A stretch of DNA of 64,000 nucleotides from Pseudomonadota bacterium. Lineage in GTDB: Bacteria; Pseudomonadota; Gammaproteobacteria; Enterobacterales; JBCCZV01. The DNA lies in the NCBI GenBank assembly GCA_039187085.1, contig JBCCZV010000003.1:6720-70719 (forward strand), given 5' to 3'. The position numbers and the translations under genes are program-made. The notes beneath the pieces were generated by a model. The model saw nothing but the letters and a program-made list of their open reading frames with translations, was not told the origin of the DNA and did no database searches. This document shows, piece by piece, positions 35,200 to 47,800 of the stretch. The number at the start of each line of letters is the position of its first letter. Positions within the stretch are counted from its first letter, which is position 1.

Positions 35200-36135
35200 A
35201 TGCTTCAAAAAGGTGATGTCATTTTTTTGATGGGGCCAACCGCCTCGGGAAAAACGAGTTTAGCCATGGCGCTTTCAAAGCAATTACCGATTGAAATTAT
35301 TAGTGTTGATTCAGCTCTGGTTTATAAGGGATTGGTGATAGGAGCGGCTAAGCCCACAACTCAAGAATTACTAGAATACCCTCACCATCTGATTGACATA
35401 CGCGATGTAACCGAGCCCTATTCCGCAGCAAATTTTCGCGAAGACGCTGAAAAACTGATTATTGAAATTTTGGGTAAAGGTAAAATACCTCTCCTCGTTG
35501 GGGGAACCATGCTTTATTTTAAAGCGTTATTGAGTGGCTTGGCTGATTTACCAGCAGCCGATCCCTCGGTTCGTCAACAGCTCGATGAAGAAGCAAAAAT
35601 ACATGGACTCGCTTACATGCATCAACAACTCGAAAAAGTGGATCCCGAATCGGCAAAAAGAATCCATCCTAATGATCCTCAACGTATGTTAAGAGCACTC
35701 GAAGTTTTCAAAGTCTCTGGTAAAAGTTTGACTCAACACAGAGAGATGCAAAAAACTATAGCTTTCCCGTATAATGTTATCCAGTTGGCGATTGCACCGA
35801 AGGAACGTAGTGAGTTGCATCAAAGAATCGAAGCTCGCTTCGATGGTATGATTAACGAAGGTTTTGTTGAAGAAGTCCGCCACTTTTGGCAACGTGAGGA
35901 TGTTGATGAGAGTTTACCAGCGATGAAGTCCGTTGGTTATCGACAAATTTGGCAATATCTTGATGGTGATTTATCTTTTAACGAAATGCAAAAAAGAGCA
36001 GTGGTTGCTTCTCGACAATTAGCAAAACGGCAACTCACTTGGTTAAGAAGTTGGCCACATGTTCATTGGTTAGACAGCCTTGATCAAAAAGTCGTGGACA
36101 AGGCCTTGAATTTAATTAATGCAAACCGCATGTAG
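35200..36135 (+). CDS. miaA: tRNA dimethylallyltransferase
   Basis: 311 aa with the P-loop GPTASGKTSLA, plus IISVDSALVYKG and HHLIDI. Confidence 0.95.
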   Translation: MLQKGDVIFLMGPTASGKTSLAMALSKQLPIEIISVDSALVYKGLVIGAAKPTTQELLEYPHHLIDIRDVTEPYSAANFREDAEKLIIEILGKGKIPLLVGGTMLYFKALLSGLADLPAADPSVRQQLDEEAKIHGLAYMHQQLEKVDPESAKRIHPNDPQRMLRALEVFKVSGKSLTQHREMQKTIAFPYNVIQLAIAPKERSELHQRIEARFDGMINEGFVEEVRHFWQREDVDESLPAMKSVGYRQIWQYLDGDLSFNEMQKRAVVASRQLAKRQLTWLRSWPHVHWLDSLDQKVVDKALNLINANRM

Positions 36136-36249
36136 CACTTCTAAATAGAGATGCTACACTTAAAGCATCGGTTGATAAACTGTTTATGACTAGTCAACCT
36201 CTAAACGCTATTATTTGTTATGGCGATAATAACTAGAAAGGAGTGAAGT

Positions 36250-36507
36250 ATGGCAAAGGGGCAATCCTTACAAGACCCTTACTTAAATGCATTACGACGT
36301 GATCGTGTTCCGGTGGCAATATATTTAGTAAACGGTATCAAACTTCAAGGTCAAATCGAGTCTTTTGACCAATTTGTGGTTCTGTTAAAAAATACTGTGA
36401 GCCAGATGGTCTATAAACATGCCATCTCAACGGTTGTGCCTGCAAGAAATGTTCATTTACCGCACCAAGGCGGTGAAGGAAAAGACGCAGAGCCTGGTAA
36501 TCAGTAA
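36250..36507 (+). CDS. hfq: RNA chaperone Hfq
   Basis: 85 aa with the Sm1/Sm2 motifs [42 protein letters not shown]...[12 protein letters not shown]. Confidence 0.98.
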   Translation: MAKGQSLQDPYLNALRRDRVPVAIYLVNGIKLQGQIESFDQFVVLLKNTVSQMVYKHAISTVVPARNVHLPHQGGEGKDAEPGNQ

Positions 36508-36565
36508 CTGATTCGTGCGAAAATACATTTTTCGTATAGGTTTTACTAGAATCAGAGGTTAGTCA

Positions 36566-37852
36566 TTGTTTGAAAGATACCAGGGCGGCAGTCGCGCTGT
36601 CCTCGTCCATGTCAATTTTCCCCTAAGTAGCCCATCAGATTTAGAAGAATTCCATGAACTCGCGATATCTGCCGGTGCTGATGTGTTGCAAATTGTTACG
36701 GGTCAAAGGTACAAGCCAGACACTCGTTCTTTTGTTGGTGTTGGCAAGCTAGAAGAGTTAAAAATAGAGGTTGAGCAACATAAAGCAGATCTTGTTATTT
36801 TTAATCACGAGCTTTCGCCTGCACAAGAACGCAATATCGAGAGAGAAGTCAAATGTCGGGTGATCGATAGAACAGGTTTAATTCTTGATATCTTCGCACA
36901 GAGAGCTCAATCGTTTGAGGGTAAGCTTCAAGTAGAGCTGGCTCAGCTTAGACATATTTCATCGCGACTTGTTCGTGGTTGGACGCATCTTGAAAGACAA
37001 AAAGGTGGAATCGGTCTTCGGGGGCCAGGTGAAACTCAACTTGAAACGGACAGGCGTTTAATCCGAGGTAGAATCTCACAAATTCTTAAGCGTCTTGAAA
37101 AAGTGGAAAAACAGCGCGAGCAAGGTCGGCGTTCGCGTAAACGTGCAGAAGTGGCTACCGTATCTTTGGTTGGGTACACCAATGCCGGAAAGTCTACCTT
37201 ATTTAATCGACTTGCACAGAGCGATGTTTATGCCGAAGACCAGTTGTTCGCCACTTTAGATCCAACACTTAGACAAGTACGTACCCAGAAAGGTGATAAG
37301 TTTATATTGGCTGACACAGTTGGTTTTATCAAACATTTACCTCATGATTTAGTCGCTGCTTTCCGTTCGACATTGGCTGAAACGCGCGAAGCACAATTGT
37401 TACTACATGTTATAGATTCATCCAGCGAAGAAATGGAAGATCAACGTGATGAGGTTTATAACGTTCTCGAATCCATTGGTGCGCAAGACGTTCACTGTAT
37501 TGAAGTCTGCAATAAAATTGATGCTCTTGAAAATTTAGAGCCCCGCATCGATTATGATGATGAAGGGCAAATTACAAGAGTTTGGGTATCTGCCAAAACA
37601 GGTGCTGGCATGGAGCTGTTGTTAAACGCTCTAGGACAGCGTATATTTACAAACATTTGTGAAAAAAGCATCGTTCTATCGGTGAATGCTGCGCAAGTTC
37701 GTAGCCGGCTTTATCGTGATGACTATGTTCAAGAAGAGTCGATTGCAGAAGACGGTAGCTTTTGGCTTCGGGTAAGAATGAAAAATTCGGAATGGCAACG
37801 TTTGCTCAACGAATTTCCTAAAGAACTCGATAAATATGTAAATAAATGTTAG
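36566..37852 (+). CDS. hflX: GTPase HflX
   Basis: It uses a TTG start behind AGAGG. The N-terminus MFERYQGGSRAVLVHVNF parallels E. coli HflX. G motifs GYTNAGKSTLFN, DTVGF and NKID are present. Confidence 0.95.
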   Translation: MFERYQGGSRAVLVHVNFPLSSPSDLEEFHELAISAGADVLQIVTGQRYKPDTRSFVGVGKLEELKIEVEQHKADLVIFNHELSPAQERNIEREVKCRVIDRTGLILDIFAQRAQSFEGKLQVELAQLRHISSRLVRGWTHLERQKGGIGLRGPGETQLETDRRLIRGRISQILKRLEKVEKQREQGRRSRKRAEVATVSLVGYTNAGKSTLFNRLAQSDVYAEDQLFATLDPTLRQVRTQKGDKFILADTVGFIKHLPHDLVAAFRSTLAETREAQLLLHVIDSSSEEMEDQRDEVYNVLESIGAQDVHCIEVCNKIDALENLEPRIDYDDEGQITRVWVSAKTGAGMELLLNALGQRIFTNICEKSIVLSVNAAQVRSRLYRDDYVQEESIAEDGSFWLRVRMKNSEWQRLLNEFPKELDKYVNKC

Positions 37853-37916
37853 TAATCTATCATCGAATTTTCAGTCACATCACTCAGTTTCATACTAGCA
37901 ACTAGGGGAGTTAACT

Positions 37917-38969
37917 ATGGCCTGGAACCAGCCGGGTAATGACAATAAAGACCCGTGGGGTAATCGTAATCGTAGACAAGATGGACCTCCTGAACTTGAC
38001 GAAATCTTCAATAAATTGAAAAAAAGTTTCAAAGGCTTTGGTGGTGGTAAAGGTGGTTCTGGTGGAGGTTCCGGCAGTATTTGGACACTATTACTTCCCG
38101 CATTTGTCGTTGCTACTCTTGTTTGGGGGTTTTTAGGAATCTACACAGTCAACGAGCTTGAACAAGGGGTCGTATTGCGATTTGGTAAACATGATAGAAC
38201 GGTAGGGCCTGGTTTAGGCTGGGCGCCTCCAATGGTTGATCGGGTTATCAAAGTCAATACAAACCAAGTCAATCAAACGTCGGTAGACGGCACCATGCTA
38301 ACTAAAGATGAGAATATCGTTATTGTGAAACTGGGTATTCAGTATCGTATCGAAAATCCAGAAAGCTATCTTTTTAACACGGTTGATCCAGATGGTACTG
38401 TTAGGCAGGTTGCAGAAAGTGCGTTCCGTAAGGTTATTGGTAATTCCTTAATGGATGACATATTAACCATTGGTAAAGACAGTATTAGCGCGAAAACAGA
38501 ATTGGTTATGGAAGAAATTCTGGAACCTTATCAGGCTGGCGTTTCCATTGTAGCGTTAACATTTGAGAATGCTTCGGCACCTAACGAAGTGCAAGATGCT
38601 TTTGATGATGCAATCAAATCTCGTGAAGACAAAGAAAGAACCATTAATCTTGCAGAAGCTTATGCTAGAGAAAAAGAGCCATTAGCGCGCGCTGATGCTG
38701 AACGAATGATACAAGAGGCTAATGGTTATACTGCTGAAGTTTTGGCTAAAGCCGATGGTGAGGTTGCACGTTTTGCCAAGCTGCTTCCTGAATATGAGTT
38801 GGCGCCTGAAGTGACTCGTAAACGTTTGTACATTGAGACCATGGAAGAGGTCATGTCTAAATCGACTAAAGTTATGATAGATGTCGAGGGTGGAAATAAT
38901 ATGATGTATTTACCTCTCGACAAAATTATGGAAACAAACTCACGAAATCGTGGTCGGGGAGGTAACTAA
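37917..38969 (+). CDS. hflK: FtsH modulator HflK (SPFH/band-7)
   Basis: It begins MAWNQPGNDNKDPWG, followed by a Gly-rich linker, one TM helix and an SPFH domain. It lies in the hflX-hflK-hflC order. Confidence 0.93.
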   Translation: MAWNQPGNDNKDPWGNRNRRQDGPPELDEIFNKLKKSFKGFGGGKGGSGGGSGSIWTLLLPAFVVATLVWGFLGIYTVNELEQGVVLRFGKHDRTVGPGLGWAPPMVDRVIKVNTNQVNQTSVDGTMLTKDENIVIVKLGIQYRIENPESYLFNTVDPDGTVRQVAESAFRKVIGNSLMDDILTIGKDSISAKTELVMEEILEPYQAGVSIVALTFENASAPNEVQDAFDDAIKSREDKERTINLAEAYAREKEPLARADAERMIQEANGYTAEVLAKADGEVARFAKLLPEYELAPEVTRKRLYIETMEEVMSKSTKVMIDVEGGNNMMYLPLDKIMETNSRNRGRGGN

Positions 38970-38971
38970 TT

Positions 38972-39868
38972 ATGTCAACACGTTCAACGATACTTCTCGC
39001 TTTAATGTTGGCGGGTATCCTAGTTCTATCCAACTCTCTGTTTACAGTGACTGAATTGGATCGCGGTCTTGTATTACGATTTGGAAAAGTCGTACGTGAT
39101 GTGGGCACAGATACGACTAAAGTCTATACGCCTGGTTTGTATTTGAAGGTGCCTTGGGTTGATAAAATTGTGCGCATTGATTCTCGAATTCAAACAATGG
39201 ATGGCGAACCTGATCGCATTGTTACTTCTGAGAAAAAAGACGTCATTGTTGATACCTTCGTAAAATGGAAAGTCATCGATTTCTCTCAATTTTATTTGAG
39301 AACTAACGGTAATATAAGAGAAGCTGAGAGATTATTAGAAAAAATCGTCGATGCTGATCTTAGAGCTCAAATTGGTCAACGAACCGTACTCGAAGCCGTT
39401 TCTGGTGAGCGTGAAGCTTTGATGAATGCGATTAAGATCAATACCAATCGTGCCGCACCTGAATATGGTATCGAAATTGTTGATATTCGCATTAAGAAAA
39501 TCAACTATCCTCGTGAGGTTTATACCAGTGTTTATGAAAGAATGCGCGCAGAGCGACAACGTGTTGCAAAAGAATTTCGTTCTGAAGGCCAGAGAGATGC
39601 GAACATTATTCGTGCGAAGGTAGACGCAGAAATCAAGCGTATCATTGCAGATGCTGACAGAGAATCGCGAGAAATTATGGGTAATGCTGATGCGAAAGCC
39701 GCTGAGATTTATGCAAACACTTACAATAAAAATCCTGAATTTTATGCTTTTTTACGCAGCCTAGATGCTTATAAACGTTCTTTTTCAAACAAAGGCGATG
39801 TTTTGGTTATCAAACCTGACAGTGAGTTTTTTGAGTATATGAAAAGACCGGACCTCAAACCTCAATAA
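38972..39868 (+). CDS. hflC: FtsH modulator HflC (SPFH/band-7)
   Basis: 298 aa with an N-terminal TM helix, an SPFH domain (LVLRFGKVVRDV...) and the C-terminal FYAFLRSLDAY motif. Confidence 0.93.
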   Translation: MSTRSTILLALMLAGILVLSNSLFTVTELDRGLVLRFGKVVRDVGTDTTKVYTPGLYLKVPWVDKIVRIDSRIQTMDGEPDRIVTSEKKDVIVDTFVKWKVIDFSQFYLRTNGNIREAERLLEKIVDADLRAQIGQRTVLEAVSGEREALMNAIKINTNRAAPEYGIEIVDIRIKKINYPREVYTSVYERMRAERQRVAKEFRSEGQRDANIIRAKVDAEIKRIIADADRESREIMGNADAKAAEIYANTYNKNPEFYAFLRSLDAYKRSFSNKGDVLVIKPDSEFFEYMKRPDLKPQ

Positions 39869-39898
39869 TTCAGTCGCCTATCATCATTTCTTCTATTG

Positions 39899-39930
39899 TT
39901 GAGTAAAGAAGCATTGCGCTCTTTACTCAA
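39899..39930 (+). terminator. Perfect 11-bp hairpin 30 nt after hflC (possible terminator)
   Basis: TTGAGTAAAGA (39899-39909) pairs with TCTTTACTCAA (39920-39930) around a 10-nt loop. The downstream sequence TATTCCTATATAT is only weakly U-rich. Confidence 0.4.
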
Positions 39931-40259
39931 TATTCCTATATATAAAAAAATTGCTTTTAGCCAATAATGGACTAATAGCGAATCTGTAGGTGCTTCTCCC
40001 CCGCGTTATAAATACAGGTATTGTCTTCTGGTTCTTTTTTGAGCGAGTTATTTGCTTTCTCTTAATATGTGTTTGCAATTCAGACTTTAAAAGTAGAATT
40101 TGCTTGTAAATACATGAATATGAGTATTAAAAACCTGCTTAGGACGTTAAATATCCCCAATAAATTCCGACGAAACCATGAAAAGAGAGAGATTTCTAGA
40201 GCTGATAAGAGTAGAATTACCGGTTTCTTAATTAAACGTTACACGGGTTAGTTGATTAA

Positions 40260-41564
<1,305 letters not shown>

Positions 41565-41631
41565 GCTGTTATAACTAATGAATGATTGGTTAACGCCAAG
41601 GATGGCAATGACAAAACGCTATTAGGAATTT

Positions 41632-43992
41632 ATGGGACATTCAAAAAAAAAACGTGCAATTAGCGATCCTTTTTTCGAGCGTGAGCAAGAAAAATACGCA
41701 TCGCCCATACCCAGTCGAGAATACATCCTCAAACGCTTTTCAAAACTCACCCAATTTGTTGACTTTCCTGTTATACGTGATGATTTAGCGATTGCTGAAG
41801 AGTCAGAGCAAGAAGAAGCCTTACGCCGTCGCCTGAAAGCAATGGTCCGCGATGGTCAACTCATGCTAGATCCGCGAACAGGTTATGGCTTAATCGATAA
41901 AGATGTTCTTATTAAAGGTCGTGTTATTGGTAAAAAAGAAGGCGATGGTTTACTGATTACCGAAGATGAGCGAGAAATGCATCTATCAGCGCGAGATATG
42001 CGCCGAGCAATGCATAATGATGTAGTCTTAGTGCGTGAAGGTCGCGGTTCACACCGGGGACGCCGTGAAGCAATTATTGTTGAAGTGGTAGAGCACGGGG
42101 TTACGCAAATTGTTGGCCGGCTCGCACAAGACAACCAAAATACCATTGTTATACCTGAAGATAAACGTATCGCTCATAAAATTCTGATACCAGAAGCTAA
42201 CCGAGGCAAAGCACAATATGGGCAGCTTGTGGTTGCCTATCTCACTGAATATCCACATATTAGAACTCAACCTATTGCTGAAATTATTGAAGTGTTGGGT
42301 GACTACATGGCCCCTGGTGTGGAAATCGATGTAGCGTTAAGACGTCATGATATTCCTCATGAATGGCCCAAAGCATTATGGGATGAAGTTAATGCCATTA
42401 CCTTTGAAATTCCTAAAAGGGAATATACACATCGTGTTGATTTGCGTGAGTTGCCATTAGTAACCATTGATGGGGAAGATGCCAAAGATTTTGACGATGC
42501 AGTTTACTGTGAGAAAAAACGTGGTGGTGGTTGGCGTCTATGGGTTGCGATTGCTGATGTGAGTTATTATGTGCGCCCTGATACACTTCTCGATGAGGCT
42601 GCTCAAGAACGAGGGAACTCGGTTTACTTTCCTGGCAAAGTTATTCCCATGCTGCCCGAGATTTTATCAAACGGTGTTTGTTCATTAAACCCGGAGGTTG
42701 AAAGGCGATGCATGGTTTGTGAAATGACAGTCAGTCAGAAAGGTAAACTTTCAGGTTACACTTTTTATCCTGCCGTTATAAACTCTCATGCACGACTTAC
42801 CTACACGCAAGTTGGGCGCTTATTAGAAGATGAACCGGAGCACTATATTCCGAAAAATGTAGAGCAACCTTTAAAAGAATTACATGCTCTGTATCAAGTG
42901 TTGCGAGAACAACGTTTGGCTCGAGGCGCTTTAGAGTTTGAAAGCCCAGAACCCGTTTTTTTATTTTCTGACGATAAAAAAATTGATGCCATTGTGGAAA
43001 GACATCGCAACGATGCACATAAACTGATTGAAGAATGTATGATTTTAGCCAATATTAGCGCGGCTAAATTTATAGAAAAACATGAGCATTATGCTTTAGT
43101 CCGTAATCATATTGGACCTTCAGAAAAAAAATTAGAAGCTTTACAAAAATATTTGCAAGAGAAAGGCTTGAGATTACCTGGTGGCTTAAATCCCACACCT
43201 AAAGATTACGCTGAATTATTACAGAGCGTTGAGCATCGTTTGGATTATGAACAAGTTCAAACGATGTTATTGCGCTCGATGACTCAAGCGGTTTATCAAC
43301 CACAAGCTGATGGTCATTTTGGTTTAGCGCTAGAAGAATATGCACACTTTACATCGCCTATTCGACGTTACCCTGATCTTATTGTGCATCGAACGATTAA
43401 AAAAATTCTGTCGAAAATTACTCGTAAACGTTCTGGTTTGGAAGGACGATGGGCTGGTGAGTACGCACAATTAGATGCTATCGGAGAGCATTGTTCTTTT
43501 ACGGAAAGACGGGCGGAAGAAGCCACTCGTGATGTCAGTGATTGGTTAAAGTGCGAATTTATGATGGATAAAGTGGGGCAACACTACACAGGAAAAGTGA
43601 CGAGTGTCACCTCGTTTGGTTTGTTTGTTCGGCTCGATACTTTATATATTGAAGGCCTTATTCATATCACACAATTAACTAATGATTATTATCACTTTGA
43701 TGCCGCGAAAATGGTTCTCATTGGTGAGAACACGCGTTTACGTTTTGGGTTGGGTGATACCTTAGATATCATAGTCTCACGTGTTGATTTAGAAACCCGG
43801 CAAATTGATTTTGAGTTAACGGGTCTATCCTCGTCTAAACCCTTGTCACGAAAAAAATCAAAAAGTCAAAAAATCTCATCAGAAAAAAAACTTCCTAAAT
43901 CAGAGAATAAAAAAGATAAAACCAAGAAAAAAAAAAAACCTGAAAAAAACGTAAGCAAAAGAAAAAAAGCACGAAAAAAACGTCGTCGTTAA
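41632..43992 (+). CDS. rnr: Ribonuclease R
   Basis: 786 aa with an RNB domain (TIDGEDAKDFDDAVY, HFGLALEEYAHFTSPIRRYPDLIVHR), an S1 domain (GKVTSVTSFGLFVRL) and a Lys-rich C-terminal tail. Confidence 0.95.
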   Translation: MGHSKKKRAISDPFFEREQEKYASPIPSREYILKRFSKLTQFVDFPVIRDDLAIAEESEQEEALRRRLKAMVRDGQLMLDPRTGYGLIDKDVLIKGRVIGKKEGDGLLITEDEREMHLSARDMRRAMHNDVVLVREGRGSHRGRREAIIVEVVEHGVTQIVGRLAQDNQNTIVIPEDKRIAHKILIPEANRGKAQYGQLVVAYLTEYPHIRTQPIAEIIEVLGDYMAPGVEIDVALRRHDIPHEWPKALWDEVNAITFEIPKREYTHRVDLRELPLVTIDGEDAKDFDDAVYCEKKRGGGWRLWVAIADVSYYVRPDTLLDEAAQERGNSVYFPGKVIPMLPEILSNGVCSLNPEVERRCMVCEMTVSQKGKLSGYTFYPAVINSHARLTYTQVGRLLEDEPEHYIPKNVEQPLKELHALYQVLREQRLARGALEFESPEPVFLFSDDKKIDAIVERHRNDAHKLIEECMILANISAAKFIEKHEHYALVRNHIGPSEKKLEALQKYLQEKGLRLPGGLNPTPKDYAELLQSVEHRLDYEQVQTMLLRSMTQAVYQPQADGHFGLALEEYAHFTSPIRRYPDLIVHRTIKKILSKITRKRSGLEGRWAGEYAQLDAIGEHCSFTERRAEEATRDVSDWLKCEFMMDKVGQHYTGKVTSVTSFGLFVRLDTLYIEGLIHITQLTNDYYHFDAAKMVLIGENTRLRFGLGDTLDIIVSRVDLETRQIDFELTGLSSSKPLSRKKSKSQKISSEKKLPKSENKKDKTKKKKKPEKNVSKRKKARKKRRR

Positions 43993-44067
43993 TTGTCTGG
44001 AATCGTAATATACACAGTGATTAAAGCAAAAAATTTGCATAGTAATATGAGTTGTTAGGAGTAAAGT

Positions 44068-44817
44068 GTGGCAAGTGAAGAGTTTTTATATGGTCTACAT
44101 TCGGTAGAATTGGCAATAAAGCGTGATAAAAAACGGATTAAACGAGTTTATCTCCTTCATGCTTCAAAAAATGCCAAACTCCAAAAAATTATTCAACTAT
44201 GCAAAGCACATCATATTGCCTTTGAAATGGTAGACAAACTGTTTTTTACACAATATCAATTAGAAAAAGTTAATCATCAAGGTGTTACTGCTCTCGTCGA
44301 AGCAAAAACAATGGGGTCAGAAGCCGATCTTAAGCGTTTATTAGAAAACTTATCGCATGAACCTTTGATTTTACTGCTTGATGGCGTCACTGACCCTCAT
44401 AATCTTGGTGCTTGCTTAAGAACAGCAAATGCTGCGGGTGTGGATGCACTTGTCGTTCCTAAAGATCGTTCTGTAGGCCTTAATGCTACAGCTTGTAAAG
44501 TTGCCAGCGGAGCAGCAGATGTAACCCCTGTATTTCAAGTAACGAATTTGAATCGTACCATTGATTATTTGAAGTCACTGAATATCTGGCTATATGGTAC
44601 TGCTGGTGAAGTTAAAGATACGCTTTACACCACCACTTTTACTGGTGGTGTCGCTCTAGTTATGGGATCAGAAGGCGAGGGCCTTAGGCAAAGTACGCGT
44701 TCTCATTGCGACTTTCTTATTAAAATACCTATGTTAGGTCAAGTCTCAAGTCTCAATGTCTCTGTAGCCACTGGTGTAGTGCTTTTCGAGGTAGTACGGC
44801 AAAGAGTAGCTCAATGA
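44068..44817 (+). CDS. rlmB: 23S rRNA (guanosine2251-2'-O)-methyltransferase
   Basis: It uses a GTG start behind AGGAG. SpoU/TrmH motifs are LLLDGVTDPHNLGACLRTANAAG, ALVMGSEGEGLR and SLNVSVATG. It follows rnr, as in E. coli. Confidence 0.9.
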   Translation: MASEEFLYGLHSVELAIKRDKKRIKRVYLLHASKNAKLQKIIQLCKAHHIAFEMVDKLFFTQYQLEKVNHQGVTALVEAKTMGSEADLKRLLENLSHEPLILLLDGVTDPHNLGACLRTANAAGVDALVVPKDRSVGLNATACKVASGAADVTPVFQVTNLNRTIDYLKSLNIWLYGTAGEVKDTLYTTTFTGGVALVMGSEGEGLRQSTRSHCDFLIKIPMLGQVSSLNVSVATGVVLFEVVRQRVAQ

Positions 44818-47800
44818 CTGTGGACATTGAGCTCGACGTCTTGATCCTGTAACGCCATATACAATTGTTGGCGCAATTGTGACATTTTTACGGGTTTAGG
44901 TAGATAGCTGTCCATACCTGCTGCGATACATTTTTCTTTATCGCCTTCCATCGCATTTGCCGTCATTGCGATAATATGTTGATGGCAAGGTTGTGTTCGT
45001 TGATTAACAATTTCACGAGTAGCTGTCAACCCATCCATTTCAGGCATTTGTACGTCCATTAATATGATATCATAATGTTTATGAGCACATTTTTCCACGG
45101 CTTGTTGTCCGTTAAGAGCGGTATCAACGTCTTGATATCCCAAGCGATTTAGCATTTGTAATGCGATTTTTTGATTAATCGAATTATCTTCTGCAAGCAA
45201 AATAGTAGCAGGTAATAAATTTGCTATTTCTTCTGTAGGGTGGTTTTGCGTTGTCAGTAAGTCGTGTTGAGGAAATTGTGAGATTTGCAATAAAGCCGAG
45301 CACATAGCATATAATTTTTGCCATTTTATCGGAGCCTTAATTTCAAAGGTTTGATATTCGTAAGCAGCGATGAGCTCTTCTTGCGGAATTGGGCTAATAA
45401 AAATCACAGGTTTATGTTTTGTATAGCTAAGAATATCTTTCACTTTATGTGTTGGAGTTACTTTTTTATTGTGATTAATTAATGTCAACTGATAATCTTT
45501 CTCTTCAATACTGACAGGGTTATCTTTTATGGTATTAAAAACACTTACGTCTAGTTTCCAGCGCTTTAAGTATTGAGAAATAATATTTGCAATTTTCATA
45601 TTTTCATGACAAAGCAATATTTTTTGCGAGTTAAATGGGCAAGCTTCTGGATTGAGACTTTCTTCTTTATTGGTTGAGTGTTTTACAAGAGGTATATGAA
45701 AACTAAACGAAGTGCCTCTATTGACCTGGCTATCCACCCAAATTTTACCTTGCATAAGTTTTACGAGTCGTTGTGATATAGCCAAACCTAACCCTGTACC
45801 ACCGAAACGACGCGTTGTTGATGCATCCACTTGCGTGAAAGCTTCAAATAAACTTTTCATTTTATCCTTAGGAATACCAATACCGCTATCAACGATAGTA
45901 AACTTTAAAAAAGATTGAGAGTTTTTGCTCGTTATCACAGATTTTATAGTGAGAGTGACTTGTCCTTTTTGTGTGAACTTTAACGCATTACCTACTAAGT
46001 TAATCAAAATTTGTCGTATGCGTTGTGAATCGCCAATGACTTTATCCGGCGTTGATTTAGCAATAAAATAAGCCATTTCAATACCATTGGCCTGAGCTTG
46101 TACAGTAAAAATATCGAGTACTTCTTCAATTAATTGAGTAAGTGAAAAGGGATGATGTATGAGTTCAATTTTCCCTGCTTCTATGCGAGAGAAATCTAAT
46201 ATATCATTAATAATTGATAAAAGATTTTCACTACTGATCCGAATCATTTCAACCAATTCTCGTTGTTCATTCGACATAGGTGTTTCAAGCAGTAAACTGG
46301 CAGTACCTATCACGCCATTCATTGGCGTACGTAATTCGTGAGATGTTGTAGCTAAGAATTGATCTTTTAAAGCACTCACTTCTCGTAATTTGGTTGCAAC
46401 TTCTCGTTCTTTGGCTAGTTCCCGCTGATGTCGGTGAACATAGAACCAAATAAGCAGTAAAAAAATTGTTACATAAGCAAGATTTGCCCATGGTGTGAAC
46501 CAGGGCGCAGGATGAACTTTAAGTTTTACACTAGCAGTATTGTAGCTCCAAACACTATCACTATTACTGCCTTGTACTTCAAAAATATAATTCCCTGGGT
46601 CTAAGTTGGTGTAAGTCACGAACTGATTGTTACCACCATATTGCCATGCATCGTCAAAACCATTTAAACGATATCGAAATTGATTGCGTAAAGAGTTTGT
46701 GAAATCTAAAGCAGCGTAACGAAACGAAATGACTTGATCAGTATGGGATAGTTCGATCCCATTTTTTAACTCAAAAGGCTTATTTGTGATTAGTTGATTA
46801 TTTTCAGAAATAACACTGGTAATGACGACTTTAGGTTGTAAAGGGTTTTTCTTTATAGCCTTAGGATGGAAAAAATTAAAACCATCAATACCACCAAAAA
46901 TCATCATACCTGAACGTGTGCGTAAAGCAGCTGGTGGATTAAACTCATTATTTTGCAGACCGTGAGTCACATCAAAATTTTTGAAAGTCATTGAACGCAA
47001 ATCCAACTGAGATAAACCATAGTTGGTACTTAACCATAAAACGGGCTGATCGAGTTCTTCCAAGATGCCATAAATGTTATCGTTAGGTAAGCCATCCGTT
47101 TGTGTAAAATGCGTAAACTGATGAGTGTCGTTATGATAGAGGTTCAATCCTCGACGAGTGCCCACCCAAATACGTCCAGACTTATCTTCATGTAGAGAGA
47201 AAATATAGTCATCACTTATTGAAGTTTTATCATTGGGTTTATGATGAAAACGTTGAAATGTTTCAGTAATTGGGTCGAATCGATTAAGGCCATGCGTTGT
47301 TCCTACCCACAGTTTACCTGAGCTGTCTTCAAGTAAAGGACGAATACGATTATTTGAGATCGAATGAATATTATATCTTTCGTGTAAATAACTTTTATAG
47401 GTGTTTTTTATTTTATTATAAGCGATTAATCCTTTGTCACGGCTACCAATCCATAGCGTACCATTACTGCTGTGATAAAGACTAATTGGTTTGTTTGTTG
47501 GTATGCTATTAGGATCATTAGCGTCGTGGCGATAGGTAATAAAGTAATCTTGATTTCTATCATATCGTGCTAAACCGCCTAATGTGGTAACCCATAATTC
47601 TTTATCACGATCTTCATAAATAGCACTAACGCGGTCATTAGGAATACTGAAAGGGTCATCTGGATTAAAGCGATAGGTTTGATATTCATCACGATAAATA
47701 TCAAAACGACTCACACCAGAATTTTGTGTGCCGATCCAAATATATCCCAAATAATCTTCAGCCATACCTCGGATCACTTTCCCGCTAAGAGTGGTCGGTT

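Noticed and set aside
40231-40246. This is a possible PurR box (…TTAAACGTTACA…) just upstream of purA.
   Set aside because: Only the central AACGTT hexamer resembles the ACGCAAACGTTTGCGT-type consensus, and the flanks do not match. It is not known whether this lineage has PurR.
40069-40251. This is a 60-aa ORF in the hflC-purA spacer, considered because E. coli has the small membrane protein YjeT at this position.
   Set aside because: It has a non-ATG start and no SD. The product is basic and hydrophilic (…RRNHEKREISRADKSR…), unlike a YjeT/DUF2065 membrane protein. The region more plausibly carries the purA promoter.
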